From NCBI GenBank assembly GCA_947630675.1, contig CANRIN010000001.1, positions 5,361 to 69,360 on the forward strand: a stretch of 64,000 nucleotides of DNA, in the 5' to 3' direction. The notes beneath the pieces are model-generated. The model saw only the letters and a list, made by a program, of their open reading frames with translations, had not been told where the DNA came from and did not search any database. The position numbers and the translations under genes are program-made. The stretch comes from an uncultured Clostridia bacterium (GTDB lineage Bacteria; Bacillota; Clostridia; Oscillospirales; JAAYOS01). This document shows positions 15,510-25,920 of this stretch, piece after piece (within the stretch, counting starts at the first letter, position 1; the number at the start of each line of letters is the position of its first letter).

Positions 15510-17540
15510 ATGCCTGATACTTCAAACGGCATAGTCCCGTATCAGAACGCGCGGCGCGCCGGGCGCAAGTGGCTCGGCGACCACTCGAAGGACAAATACG
15601 GCGGCGGGCTCGCGGTCCTGGAGCGCGAGCTTGACGGCGTGGAGACGATGGGCGAAATTTCGCTCGGCGTCCACGAGATAGCGCTGAAAAAAATAGTCGG
15701 GACATACACCTCGGCAAGGGCGGACGCCTTTGCCGGCAACTTCATGCCGCTCTACGACGAGGGAAGCGAGTTCGCCTTCAAGTGGCGCTCGCTCTACAGC
15801 CACCATCTGAAGGACGGCATCACCGACCCGATAAAGGTCTACGAGTACATGGGGCTTTTCTATGTGATAGAGGGCAACAAGCGTGTTTCGGTGATGAACT
15901 ACGTCGGCGCGTACTCCATCTCTGCCGACATCACGCGCATAGTCCCCAAGTACGACCCGAACGACGACAACGTGCGGATATACTACGAGATAATGGAGTA
16001 CAATCCGCGCCTCTTCGCGTTCAGCGATATGTGGTTCTCGCACCCCGGCGCGTTCACTGCGCTCATCGCGTGGGCGAGAAACTTTGCGGAGCGCACCCCG
16101 GCGCTGAAGGGTCTCGAGCCGCACGAGTGGCTGCCCAAGGCTTACCGCGATTTCTCGCTTGAGTATCAGCGTGCCGGCTTCCGCGACATAGACATGACCA
16201 CCGGCGACGCGTTCATGATATACCTCGGGGTGTACGAGTTCCCCTACGACATAAGCCTTGAGGAGCTGGGCGAGCGCGTCCGCGCGTGCGAGCCGCAGTT
16301 CCGGCAGGTGAACGACCGCGTGCCGCCGTATATAGTCGAGAACGGCGAGAGCTCGCCGGAGAGCGGACGCGGCATACTCGGCATAGGCTCGCGGAGAGCG
16401 CATGCGGTGTTCGTGTACAACGCGACGCCCGAGACCTCCTACTGGACCCGCTCCCACGAGCTGGGACGGCTCGACATGGAGCGGTTCTTTGACGGCCGCG
16501 TCACCACAAAGGCGGTCTACTCCGTCTCCGAGCAGGAGGCGCACGATCGTCTGCGCGAGATAATCGAAGAGGAAAAGCCGGACGTGCTCTTCACCGTCAA
16601 CAGCGCATACGCGCACGCCGCATGGCAGATGACCCTTGAGCATCCTGAGGTGCTGATACTCAACTGCGGGCACACCCTCCCCGGAATGATGCTCCACACC
16701 TACTACTGCAAGCTCTACGAGCCGGCGTTCGTGCTCGGCGCGATCGCGGGCTCTTACACCAAGAGCGACATCATAGGTATAGTCGATATGCCGCAGCGCG
16801 CCACCGACTCCACCTACGTCGTCAACGCCTTCGCGCAGGGCGCGCGGCTGGTCAACCGAAACATCACGGTCAAGCGCTGCAAGCCGCGCGTCAATTTCTC
16901 CGGCGATGAGGACCGCCTCTGCCGGAAGATGCTCGCCGAGCGCGGCGCGGACGTCATACTCAGCCAGTACCCGACGTACGGTTCCGTAAACCTCAAGCCC
17001 TGCGACGACCTGTATGCCATGCTTGCCTCGGTCGGCCCGAACGGTAGGATAAAGGAATACCTCGCCGCCCCCGCTATTGACTGGGGAGTGATGTACCGCC
17101 GCATAATGAGCGACTACCTCGGCAGCGCGTTCGAGCGGGTACGCGAGCACTGCGAAGCGTTCCCGAGCATCTACTTCTGGCTCGGGCTCAAGAGCGGGAT
17201 GGCGAAGATATATGCTGTCGACGAGGTCATAGGTACCCACGCCTCGCGCCTTGCGCACATACTCACGACCGCACTCACATCCTCTCACGACGTGCATCCG
17301 TTCATAGGGCCGATGCGCGACCGCGGGGGAAACATGAGAATAGACCGCTACAGCGTCCCGTCCCTGCCGGAGATACAGTTCATGAACTGGACGAGCGACA
17401 TCGTAGACGAGGAGCTGCGTGCGGGCGAGGAGCCGACCGGGGGAGACGGAGGGTCAGGCATAGAGCAGTATTTCCCCGGCGTTCCCGTTCTGGAGGAGGC
17501 GCACGAGCCGCCGGCCGCCCGGGACGAACAGAGAGACTGA
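15510..17540 (+). CDS. Fusion protein: ParB/Srx-like N-terminal domain plus BMP/PnrA-like binding-protein fold, with no signal peptide
   Basis: AAGGAG RBS. PIKVYEYMGLFYVIEGNKRV is a ParB-like motif. The C-terminal approx 330 aa has a BMP-family layout (PDVLF, YEPAFVLGAIAG, GADVIL). Acidic/Pro-rich tail. Confidence 0.6.
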   Translation: MPDTSNGIVPYQNARRAGRKWLGDHSKDKYGGGLAVLERELDGVETMGEISLGVHEIALKKIVGTYTSARADAFAGNFMPLYDEGSEFAFKWRSLYSHHLKDGITDPIKVYEYMGLFYVIEGNKRVSVMNYVGAYSISADITRIVPKYDPNDDNVRIYYEIMEYNPRLFAFSDMWFSHPGAFTALIAWARNFAERTPALKGLEPHEWLPKAYRDFSLEYQRAGFRDIDMTTGDAFMIYLGVYEFPYDISLEELGERVRACEPQFRQVNDRVPPYIVENGESSPESGRGILGIGSRRAHAVFVYNATPETSYWTRSHELGRLDMERFFDGRVTTKAVYSVSEQEAHDRLREIIEEEKPDVLFTVNSAYAHAAWQMTLEHPEVLILNCGHTLPGMMLHTYYCKLYEPAFVLGAIAGSYTKSDIIGIVDMPQRATDSTYVVNAFAQGARLVNRNITVKRCKPRVNFSGDEDRLCRKMLAERGADVILSQYPTYGSVNLKPCDDLYAMLASVGPNGRIKEYLAAPAIDWGVMYRRIMSDYLGSAFERVREHCEAFPSIYFWLGLKSGMAKIYAVDEVIGTHASRLAHILTTALTSSHDVHPFIGPMRDRGGNMRIDRYSVPSLPEIQFMNWTSDIVDEELRAGEEPTGGDGGSGIEQYFPGVPVLEEAHEPPAARDEQRD

Positions 17541-17638
17541 CGTTTCCTGCCGGGCGCACCGCGGGGGACGAAGATTTTCGGAGATAAGGGCCCGGGAGGG
17601 CGCTTCAACCGACTAAACAGAGAAAGGATCGTAGTAAA

Positions 17639-18874
17639 ATGAGCGTGTTTGACAAGAAGGTCGGAGTAATAGGGCTCGGATATATCGGACTGCCGACGGC
17701 GCTGTCCCTTGCCGCGAACGGCGTCGACGTCACCGGCGTGGACATCAAGGAAGAGACGGTCGCCTCGCTGCGGGCGGGAAAGGTCACCTTCAAGGAGGAC
17801 GGGCTGGACGGCCTCTTCGCCGCCGCCGTCGCGAAGAAAATGACTTTCTCGACCGAGTACCCCGTTGCGGACATATACGTCGTCACGATGCCCACACCCT
17901 ATGACGAGATGACAAAGAAGGTGGACGCGAGCTTCATAGTCCGCGCGGTGGACAGCGTCCTCGACGTCATGCCGAAGGGTGCGGTCGTCGTCGTTGAGAG
18001 CACCGTCTCGCCCGGAACGATAGACGAGCACGTCCGGCCGCTTTTCGCGCGGCACGGCTTCACGCTCGGCGCGGACGCGCACCTCGCCCACGCGCCGGAG
18101 CGCATCATCCCCGGCAACATGCTCTACGAGCTCGAGCACAACGCGCGCACCGTCGGCGCGGACGAGCCGGAAATAGCGGAGCTCATACGCGAGCTGTACG
18201 GAACTTTCTGCAAGGGCGAGATAGTCACGACCGACATCCGCACGGCGGAGATGACTAAGATCGTCGAGAACACCTTCCGCTCGATAAACATCGCCTACGC
18301 CAACGAGCTCGCAAAGCTCTGCCGCGTCAAGGGCATGGACGTGCAGGAGGTCATACGCATAGCGAACAAGCACCCGCGCGTGAACATCCTGAGCCCCGGA
18401 CCGGGCGTCGGAGGCCACTGCATCTCGGTCGACCCGTGGTTCCTCGTGGGAGATTTCGGGTCGCTTGCGGAGCTAACGTTTGCGGCCGTTTCCGTCAACG
18501 CTTCGATGCCGGAGTTCGTGCTCGAGCGGATAAGCGGGATAAAGGAGAAGTACGGCATTAAGGACAACAGCCGCGTCGGACTGTACGGACTCACCTACAA
18601 GGAGGACGTCGACGACATACGCGAGAGCCCGACGCTTCAGCTCCTCGACTGCATGAAGCACCATCTCGCCTCCGGCGTGAAGGTATACGACCCGTTCGTG
18701 AAGGACGACGTGTGCGACGGACAGATGCACGACTTCGACGAGTTTGTGAACGCCGTCGACCTCGTCGTCATACTCGTCGGCCACACCGAGATAAAGCAGC
18801 GCATGAGCGCGCTCGAGGGAAAGACGGTGTTCGACACCCGCAACGTCTGCCCCTTTGCGCAGGAGAAGCTGTGA
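17639..18874 (+). CDS. Nucleotide-sugar dehydrogenase (UDP-N-acetyl-D-mannosamine dehydrogenase type)
   Basis: VIGLGYIGLP Rossmann motif. GGHCISVDP catalytic Cys motif. Confidence 0.85.
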   Translation: MSVFDKKVGVIGLGYIGLPTALSLAANGVDVTGVDIKEETVASLRAGKVTFKEDGLDGLFAAAVAKKMTFSTEYPVADIYVVTMPTPYDEMTKKVDASFIVRAVDSVLDVMPKGAVVVVESTVSPGTIDEHVRPLFARHGFTLGADAHLAHAPERIIPGNMLYELEHNARTVGADEPEIAELIRELYGTFCKGEIVTTDIRTAEMTKIVENTFRSINIAYANELAKLCRVKGMDVQEVIRIANKHPRVNILSPGPGVGGHCISVDPWFLVGDFGSLAELTFAAVSVNASMPEFVLERISGIKEKYGIKDNSRVGLYGLTYKEDVDDIRESPTLQLLDCMKHHLASGVKVYDPFVKDDVCDGQMHDFDEFVNAVDLVVILVGHTEIKQRMSALEGKTVFDTRNVCPFAQEKL

Positions 18875-18937
18875 GGCCCCGGCTGCGGCGAAGATAGTTG
18901 TAATAGTAAACAAATTGTGAACAATACCGCTTTCCGC

Positions 18938-18966
18938 TTGACGCGGAGGCGTGAGAAGGGTAAAAT
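18938..18966 (+). promoter_or_regulatory. Candidate promoter of the ABC transporter gene
   Basis: TTGACG, 17 nt spacer, TAAAAT. It abuts the terminator hairpin. Confidence 0.45.
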
Positions 18967-19010
18967 AGCTGACGGCGGCATACTTTGCCGCCGCCGGCTG
19001 TTTTCGTTTT
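18967..19010 (+). terminator. Terminator after the dehydrogenase gene
   Basis: AGCTGACGGCGGCA-TACTT-TGCCGCCGCCGGCT followed by GTTTTCGTTTT. Confidence 0.6.
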
Positions 19011-19054
19011 ATCGGGAAACGGCATTTTCCGACAATTAACAGGGGAGAACTCAG

Positions 19055-21661
19055 ATGCTCAGATTAAAGAACATAGTCAAGAACTACAAGGCGGGCGACA
19101 CCGAGGTCGCGGCGCTTCGGGGAGTGGATCTGAACTTCCGCGACAGCGAATTCGTGTCGATACTCGGCCCGAGCGGCTGCGGCAAGACAACACTGCTGAA
19201 CATAATCGGTGGCCTCGACCGCTACACCTCCGGCGACCTCATAATCGACGGACGCTCCACCAAGGAGTACCGTGACGGCGACTGGGACGTGTACCGCAAC
19301 ACCTCGGTGGGCTTTGTGTTCCAGAGCTACAATCTCATCCCGCACCAGACGATACTCTCAAACGTCGAGCTCGGTATGACGCTCTCCGGCGTCTCCAAGT
19401 CGGAGCGCCGCCGCCGCGCCATAGCGGCGCTGCACGAGGTCGGCCTCGGCGGGATAATCAACAAGAAGCCGAACCAGCTCTCCGGAGGTCAGATGCAGCG
19501 CGTCGCAATAGCGCGCGCACTCGCAGGCAACCCGCGCATTCTCCTTGCGGACGAACCGACCGGCGCGCTCGACAGCGAGACTAGCATACAGGTCATGGAC
19601 CTGCTCAAGGAGATAGCGAAGGACCGCCTCGTTATAATGGTCACGCACAACCCCGACCTCGCGGAGCGCTACTCCACCCGCACGATAAAGATACTTGACG
19701 GCCGCGTCACAGACGACTCGAACCCCTACCTGCCGGAGGAGGAGAAGGCGGAGACAAAGAAGAAGCGCACCCGCAAGAAGCCGATGAGCCTTGCGACCGC
19801 GTTCTCGCTCAGCATGACAAACCTCATGACGAAGAAGGGCAGGACCTTCCTCACGGCGTTCGCGGGGAGCATCGGCATAATCGGCATAGCGCTGATACTC
19901 TCGCTCTCAAGCGGAATGCAGAACTACATCGACCGGGTGCAGGAGGATACGCTCTCGAGCTATCCTCTCACGATACAGGACGAGTCGGTCGACCTCACCG
20001 GCATGATGACCTCGATGATGAGCGCCCGCACCGAGGTCGAAGAGCACAATGACGACAGGATATACCCCGTCCGCCTCATGACCGGTATGCTCGACACCGT
20101 CGTAAGTGAGATAACGACGAACAACCTCACCGACTTCCGCGCGTTCATCGAGGACGACGCAAGCGGCGTCAAAGAGCTTGTGAATGACGTCCAGTACAGC
20201 TACTCCACGCCTCTTCTCATCTACAAGGCGGACACGTCGGACGGGATAAAGCAGGTGAACCCGAGCACCGTCTTTGACGAGATGGGCATGGGTCAGATGA
20301 TGGAGATGCAGGCCGGAATGAGCGGCGGAGCCGTGGGCGGCGCGAGCGGCGGAGACGTCTGGAGCGAGCTCGTCGGCGGAGACGACCTCCTTGCGGTGCA
20401 GTACGATGTCCTCGCGGGACGTATGCCGGAGGCGTGGAACGAGGTCGTCGTGATAGTCGGCAGCAACAACGAGGTGACCGACCTCACCCTCTACGGCCTC
20501 GGGATGATGGACGCTGCCGAGCTCGGCGACATGATGGAGGCAACGATGAGGGGCGAGGAGTACGAGTCGCCGGAGTACCCCGAGAGCTACAGCTACGACG
20601 AGATACTCGCGCTCCGCTTCAAGCTCCTGCCCACCGCCGCGCGGTACTCCGAGACTGCGGACGGCGTGTTTGTCGACATGAGCGGGGACGAGGAGTTCAT
20701 GCGCACGGCGCTTGAGGACGCGCCGGAGGTCAAGGTCGTCGGCATCCTCCGCCCGGAGGAGAACGCCGTCGCGATAACGACGAACGGCACGGTGGGCTAC
20801 CGCTCCGAGCTGATGGACGAGATGATGAAGCGGACAAATGAGTGCCCCGTCGTCAAGGCGCAGCTCGCAGACCCGGATACCGACGTCTTCACCGGCATAG
20901 CGTTCAGCACCGGCGAGGAGACACCGGAGTTTGACATCACCGCACTTCCGCCCGAGCAGCAGCAGTACCTCATGGGGCTCAGCGATGAGGAGCGCGCCGC
21001 GGCGATAGCGCAGATGGCGGCCTCGATGACGACAAACGCGACCTACGACGGGAACCTCAACATCCTCGGCGTCGCCGACCCCGAGGTCCCGAGCGGAATA
21101 AAGCTCTACGCGAAGGACTTCGAGTCTAAGGAGCAGCTCGTCGACATAATAAACGACTACAATACCCGCATGGAGAACGAGGGCAAGGACGAAAACGTCA
21201 TAAGCTACACCGACCTCGTCGGCCTGATGATGACCTCGGTCTCCACGATAATCGACGCGATAAGCTACATTCTGATAGCGTTTGTCGCCATCTCGCTTGT
21301 CGTCAGCTCGATAATGATAGGCATTATAACCTACATCTCGGTGCTCGAGCGCACGAAGGAGATAGGTATACTCCGCGCGATGGGCGCCTCGAAGAAGGAC
21401 ATCAGCCGCGTGTTTAATGCGGAGACGCTCATCGTCGGCTTCAGCGCCGGAGCGCTCGGCATACTCGTCACGATACTTCTCTGCGTGCCGGTAAACGCGA
21501 TAATCAAGCACCTCGCGGATATATCGAATATCGCGGGGCTGCCGTGGCAGGGCGGAGTGATACTCGTGCTGATAAGCATGGCGCTGACGTTTATCGCCGG
21601 CCTCGTCCCGAGCCGCATAGCGGCGCGGAAGGACCCGGTCGAAGCGCTGAGGACCGAGTAA
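19055..21661 (+). CDS. Fused ABC transporter ATPase plus FtsX/MacB-type permease with a large extracytoplasmic domain
   Basis: GPSGCGKTT Walker A, LSGGQMQRVAIARAL signature, LLADEPTGALD Walker B. C-terminal FtsX segment (LRAMGASKKDI...). Confidence 0.9.
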   Translation: MLRLKNIVKNYKAGDTEVAALRGVDLNFRDSEFVSILGPSGCGKTTLLNIIGGLDRYTSGDLIIDGRSTKEYRDGDWDVYRNTSVGFVFQSYNLIPHQTILSNVELGMTLSGVSKSERRRRAIAALHEVGLGGIINKKPNQLSGGQMQRVAIARALAGNPRILLADEPTGALDSETSIQVMDLLKEIAKDRLVIMVTHNPDLAERYSTRTIKILDGRVTDDSNPYLPEEEKAETKKKRTRKKPMSLATAFSLSMTNLMTKKGRTFLTAFAGSIGIIGIALILSLSSGMQNYIDRVQEDTLSSYPLTIQDESVDLTGMMTSMMSARTEVEEHNDDRIYPVRLMTGMLDTVVSEITTNNLTDFRAFIEDDASGVKELVNDVQYSYSTPLLIYKADTSDGIKQVNPSTVFDEMGMGQMMEMQAGMSGGAVGGASGGDVWSELVGGDDLLAVQYDVLAGRMPEAWNEVVVIVGSNNEVTDLTLYGLGMMDAAELGDMMEATMRGEEYESPEYPESYSYDEILALRFKLLPTAARYSETADGVFVDMSGDEEFMRTALEDAPEVKVVGILRPEENAVAITTNGTVGYRSELMDEMMKRTNECPVVKAQLADPDTDVFTGIAFSTGEETPEFDITALPPEQQQYLMGLSDEERAAAIAQMAASMTTNATYDGNLNILGVADPEVPSGIKLYAKDFESKEQLVDIINDYNTRMENEGKDENVISYTDLVGLMMTSVSTIIDAISYILIAFVAISLVVSSIMIGIITYISVLERTKEIGILRAMGASKKDISRVFNAETLIVGFSAGALGILVTILLCVPVNAIIKHLADISNIAGLPWQGGVILVLISMALTFIAGLVPSRIAARKDPVEALRTE

Positions 21662-21688
21662 CGCGACAACATCCGAAAAGAGTATACG

Positions 21689-21725
21689 AAAAAACAGGTC
21701 ACGCAGCTGCGTGACCTGTTTTTTA
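21689..21725. terminator. Bidirectional terminator
   Basis: AAAAAACAGGTCACGCAGCTGCGTGACCTGTTTTTT. Confidence 0.85.
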
Positions 21726-21879
21726 TGGATAATGCGGATGTACGGAGTCTCGTTTGCGTTTAGACGGTTTGGCGCGTCCCGCCGTGAACCGCTTCGTGGG
21801 AGAAGACCCGTATGAGGAGAATTCCGCCGCGCCGAGGATTCTCGCGGGATATTCGGGGCGTCCGCATCGGGACGGGGTT

Positions 21880-22851
21880 TCACTTATCATATTTCAGTTT
21901 GAGCTGTAGGGTGTACTGTTCGCCGGAGCCGTCCGGGTTTTGGGTGAAGAACAGCGTCAGACGGTACTCCCCGGCGTCCTCGAGGGTGAGAAACTGCCTA
22001 AACATGAACAAATCGTCGTATCCGTACTTGCGCGGCTCGGATGAGGTGTCATAGAAGCGGTTGGCGTCGTCCAACGAAAGCAGAGACAGCTTCGTGTCGC
22101 TGGTGGACATATAAGTGAGATCATCGTATCCGCCTCTGTCCGTCTTTTTCTCAATGGTCCCGCGGGCTTGGTCGAGATATAGCGTGGCGCCGTCCATGTT
22201 TGGCCGTATGGCGACATAAACTCCGGCCTGATCGATATAATCTGCCGACACGATATCAAACTTGCTGTCGGTGGCTTCGGGAACGGTGACTGTGTGAGAA
22301 ATCGAATAGAGGGTATCGCCTGTCGTATAAGCCGAACCTTTTGCAGAAATGCTTTCGCGCATCTTGTACGTCAGCCTGTATGTTCCCGGCTCGTGTATCG
22401 GGAACGGCAGCAGCAGGCGGCTGCCTCCGCTGGGCAGTACCACATAATCGGGCACGCCGCCTACAGTTGCGAGCTGGTAAGGACTAATATTCTTCAAATC
22501 GACCCATTCGCCGTCTTCTGACCGCTCCATTGTGACGGCATCGTCGGACCATACACCGGGCGACGTCTGCGTGCCGTTCTCAAACACCTTCACCGTCACG
22601 GCGGCGTTATGCTCCCCGGAAAAGCATACTCCGAGCTGCGGCCCTCCGTTCCAGGTGTTGAAATAGTAGGAGGTCGCCTCAATAAAATCGGTGTCCCCCG
22701 AACAGTCGGAGATAGGTATTCTTTCGGCAGTCGAGAACGTCTTGTCGGAGTGAGCAAAATCGCCTTGGGCGCCCTCGGTGTCCTGCCCCGAGCAGGCGGA
22801 GAGCAACATGAGCGCCAGACAGAACGCAAATAATCTGTATATCCGTTTCAT
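21880..22851 (-). CDS. Lipoprotein of unknown function (two similar beta-rich halves)
   Basis: Signal peptide with LLSACSG lipobox. GTYRLTYKM and GEYRLTLFF suggest an internal duplication. Lower-GC DNA. Confidence 0.7.
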   Translation of the reverse strand: MKRIYRLFAFCLALMLLSACSGQDTEGAQGDFAHSDKTFSTAERIPISDCSGDTDFIEATSYYFNTWNGGPQLGVCFSGEHNAAVTVKVFENGTQTSPGVWSDDAVTMERSEDGEWVDLKNISPYQLATVGGVPDYVVLPSGGSRLLLPFPIHEPGTYRLTYKMRESISAKGSAYTTGDTLYSISHTVTVPEATDSKFDIVSADYIDQAGVYVAIRPNMDGATLYLDQARGTIEKKTDRGGYDDLTYMSTSDTKLSLLSLDDANRFYDTSSEPRKYGYDDLFMFRQFLTLEDAGEYRLTLFFTQNPDGSGEQYTLQLKLKYDK

Positions 22852-23132
22852 TTTATTACCTCCGTATTATAAAGTGTTTGAACAGGCCGGGCGGCAGGAC
22901 ATTTGCCCCGCACATCTGTCCGTTCACAGCGTATATGTCCGCATGCTGCGTTTTGAGGACAGCTTTTTCAAAAAAATTTTTCTGTTTTTGATGTCGGGAG
23001 CCGCGCGGGCGGCAGAAGGTCGAATGCGGTATATTCTTTCCGACGGGGGTGATCGTTCTCTCACTCGGAAGTGCGGTACATATCCCACGTTCCCGCGCCG
23101 TCCGCTCCTATCGGACGGGCGCGGGGTTTGCC

Positions 23133-23161
23133 TTGACACTGTTGGTATGAAATGGTATCAT
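23133..23161 (+). promoter_or_regulatory. Promoter of the SLH-protein gene
   Basis: TTGACA, 17 nt spacer, TATCAT. Confidence 0.6.
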
Positions 23162-23208
23162 ATATCAGTGAACGGCGCGAGCCGAAAATCGAAGAAGGAA
23201 GGGTTTGT

Positions 23209-24393
23209 ATGAAGAGAATTATTTCCGCGGTAACGGCGGCGGTGCTGCTGCTCTGCTGCCTTGTCGTGCCCGCAGCGGCGGAGGACTACACGTTCAAGGA
23301 CAGGGACGGCACCGAGATAACCGTGCCGGACGGGGCTTTTGCCGCAAAGGTCGTGAGCTTCACCCCGGGCGACCCGTGGACAAACTATGAGGAACAGCAG
23401 AAGCAGAGCAATGTGCTCGGCGCCCCCGACCGTACCGGTGACGAGAGCACCAGCAAGGGCGACCTTTGCCTCGGCGCCGGCGGCGTTATCGTTCTGCAAT
23501 TCAATATAAACATATACGACGGAGAAGGACTGGATATATACGTCTTCGAGGTCGGCGCCGCCGTGGAGGACACCAAGGTCGAGGTCAGCAGCGATCTCGT
23601 GACCTGGTACGACGTCGGCGTCGCCGCCGGAAAGACCGCCGGCGTGGACCTGAACGGCAAGGTGCCGGAGGGCAGCCGCTTCCGCTATGTCCGCCTCACC
23701 GACCTGAATTCGTCTGCCAGCGGAGGATGGCCCGGCGCCGACATCGACGCGGTCTCCGGACTGAACGTCAAGTCGGTCACGCAGGATTGGGCGATCCCTG
23801 AGATAGATAAGGCCGAGGAGCTCGGCCTCATCCCTGACATCCTGAAGAATACGGACCTCACGCAGAACATCACCCGCGAGGAGTTTGCGGCTGTGTCCGT
23901 CAAGGTCTACGAGGCTCTTTCCGGAGTCAAGGCCATCCCCGCCGTCAACTGCCCGTTCACCGACACCGACAACGTGGAGGTCATGAAGGCGTACAACATC
24001 GGCGCGGTCAACGGCATCACCGTCGACCAGAGCCTGTTTGCTCCGCACGATTTCCTGAACAGGCAGCAGGCCGCCGCTATGCTGACCCGCGTGTTCAAGA
24101 AGGTCTCGATGGTTGGCTGGACGCTTGAAGACGACGCCAAGTTCCCGCTCACGTACACGCAGCCCGCGCCCTTTGCCGACGACGCCGACATATCCGGCTG
24201 GGCAAGGGAGAGCGTGTACTTCATGGCGGCGAACGGCATCATCAAGGGAGTCGAAGACAAGAAAACGGGCGCCTTCAATTTCAAACCTCAGAATACGACG
24301 ACCGATAGGGAGGCTACGGGTTACGCCAACGCCACCCGCGAGCAGGCGCTTGCCATCGCGGTGCGCATGGTGGAAAACCTGAAGCAGAGATAA
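23209..24393 (+). CDS. Secreted cell-surface protein with three C-terminal SLH repeats
   Basis: Signal peptide (ORF track opens at 23152). SLH-like repeats occur around REEFAAVSVKVY, NRQQAAAMLTRVF and TREQALAIAVRMV. Confidence 0.75.
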   Translation: MKRIISAVTAAVLLLCCLVVPAAAEDYTFKDRDGTEITVPDGAFAAKVVSFTPGDPWTNYEEQQKQSNVLGAPDRTGDESTSKGDLCLGAGGVIVLQFNINIYDGEGLDIYVFEVGAAVEDTKVEVSSDLVTWYDVGVAAGKTAGVDLNGKVPEGSRFRYVRLTDLNSSASGGWPGADIDAVSGLNVKSVTQDWAIPEIDKAEELGLIPDILKNTDLTQNITREEFAAVSVKVYEALSGVKAIPAVNCPFTDTDNVEVMKAYNIGAVNGITVDQSLFAPHDFLNRQQAAAMLTRVFKKVSMVGWTLEDDAKFPLTYTQPAPFADDADISGWARESVYFMAANGIIKGVEDKKTGAFNFKPQNTTTDREATGYANATREQALAIAVRMVENLKQR

Positions 24394-24460
24394 GCAAGTC
24401 TCAAAGTTCGGTGAAGGACGGGTGTGCGGACAGCCGCACTTCAACAGAAGAAAGAACGAC

Positions 24461-24505
24461 AAAAAGGGCCGCTGCGGAATATCGCAGCGGCCCTGCCGTT
24501 TCTTA
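24461..24505. terminator. Bidirectional terminator
   Basis: AAAAAGGGCCGCTGCG-GAATAT-CGCAGCGGCCCT followed by GCCGTTTCTT. Confidence 0.75.
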
Positions 24506-24543
24506 TATTCGCGATGTAAGGACGGGCACCTTTGTGCAGGCTC

Positions 24544-25725
24544 TTACTTTATGTCGGTGAACTGTGCGGCGATACGTTCGAGCGCTTCCTTGAGGACGCT
24601 GCGGGCGCACGGGACGCACATACGCTGGCAGCACGCGCCGTATACCGGGTCGTGTACCTTGCCGTCCTGAAGGATGACGTTCGCCTCGTCGTAGATGCGG
24701 CGATGGATCTCGTCACCGTCGAGCCCGCTCGCGCTGAAGTCGATCCAGAGGCAGTAGGTGCCCTGCGGGTAGGAAATCTTGACCCACGGCATCTTCTCGG
24801 CAAAGAAGTTCATGGCGAGCTCGACGTTGCCGTCGAGATACTCGTTGAGCTCCTCGACCCAGTCGTCGCACTCGGTGTAGGCCGAGATGACGGCCGAGAC
24901 GCCGAACGGGGTCATTCCACCGCCGCCGCCCGCCTGACGATAGCGCTCACGAAGGAACTTGTTCGGGATGATGAGGTTCGAGCAGGCGAGACCCGCGATG
25001 TTGAAGGTCTTGCCGAGGCCGCCAGCAACGACGATGTTCGAATAGTCGTCGGTCATGGTGCCGATGGAGGTGAACTTTCCGCCCTTGCGGATGAGGTCGC
25101 AGTGTATCTCGTCGACGATAAGCAGGACGTTGTGGCGCTTCGTTATCTCGACTATCTTCTGAAGCTCCCACGGCTCCCACACGCGGCCGACGGGGTTGTG
25201 CGGCGAGCAGAGCAGGAAGATGCGGTTGTGCGAATCGCTGCAGGCCTTCTCTATCTCGTCGAAGTCCATGCGCCAGACGTTGTTCTCGTCGAGGTGGAGG
25301 TGGCAGTCGACAGCCTTGCGGTGGGTGTCGCCCTCGATCATGCCGGTGAAGTGGCCGTAGACCGGGCGGGTGATGATGACGCCGTCGCCGATGTTCGAGA
25401 ACGCCTCAATGACCTTGTTGATGCCCGAGCAGGTGCCGGCGGACGGGAGTATCCAGTCCTTCTCGATCTTCCAGCCGTAGTGGGTATCGAACCAGCGGAT
25501 GACCGCGTCGAAGTACTCCTGAGGCGGCATGGTGTAGCCGAAGATCTCGTGGTCGGCGGTGCGGTGCAGCGCCTTGATTATCTGAGGGGCGCACTTGAGG
25601 TCCATGTCCGCGACGAAGAGCGGGATGAAGCCGGGCTTATAGCGCGCGGCGGAACCGTCCCACTTGGCAGAGTATGTACCGAATCGATTGACGGGGGTAT
25701 CAAAATCGTATTTCATTGCTTTCAC
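24544..25725 (-). CDS. patB: MalY/PatB-type PLP-dependent C-S lyase (aminotransferase class I/II)
   Basis: FDTPVNR...YSAKWD N-terminus, SPHNPVGRVW, and a GLGKTFNIAGL PLP-lysine region. Confidence 0.85.
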   Translation of the reverse strand: MKAMKYDFDTPVNRFGTYSAKWDGSAARYKPGFIPLFVADMDLKCAPQIIKALHRTADHEIFGYTMPPQEYFDAVIRWFDTHYGWKIEKDWILPSAGTCSGINKVIEAFSNIGDGVIITRPVYGHFTGMIEGDTHRKAVDCHLHLDENNVWRMDFDEIEKACSDSHNRIFLLCSPHNPVGRVWEPWELQKIVEITKRHNVLLIVDEIHCDLIRKGGKFTSIGTMTDDYSNIVVAGGLGKTFNIAGLACSNLIIPNKFLRERYRQAGGGGGMTPFGVSAVISAYTECDDWVEELNEYLDGNVELAMNFFAEKMPWVKISYPQGTYCLWIDFSASGLDGDEIHRRIYDEANVILQDGKVHDPVYGACCQRMCVPCARSVLKEALERIAAQFTDIK

Positions 25726-25920
25726 TCCTTAGTTATAATGGGAAAAACTATTTTAAGTATATCACGTTTTCGGATAATTTCAAGAGAAACGCGCAAAAAG
25801 CGAAAAATTGGAGCGGACCGCCGAAAAGTGGCTGAAATATAGGAGAAGCCGCGCGGGACCGCCGGTATCGGCGGCCCCGCGCGGCTCATTTTCCGCAGGA
25901 CTCGTCCGCTTGCGAAGCGT

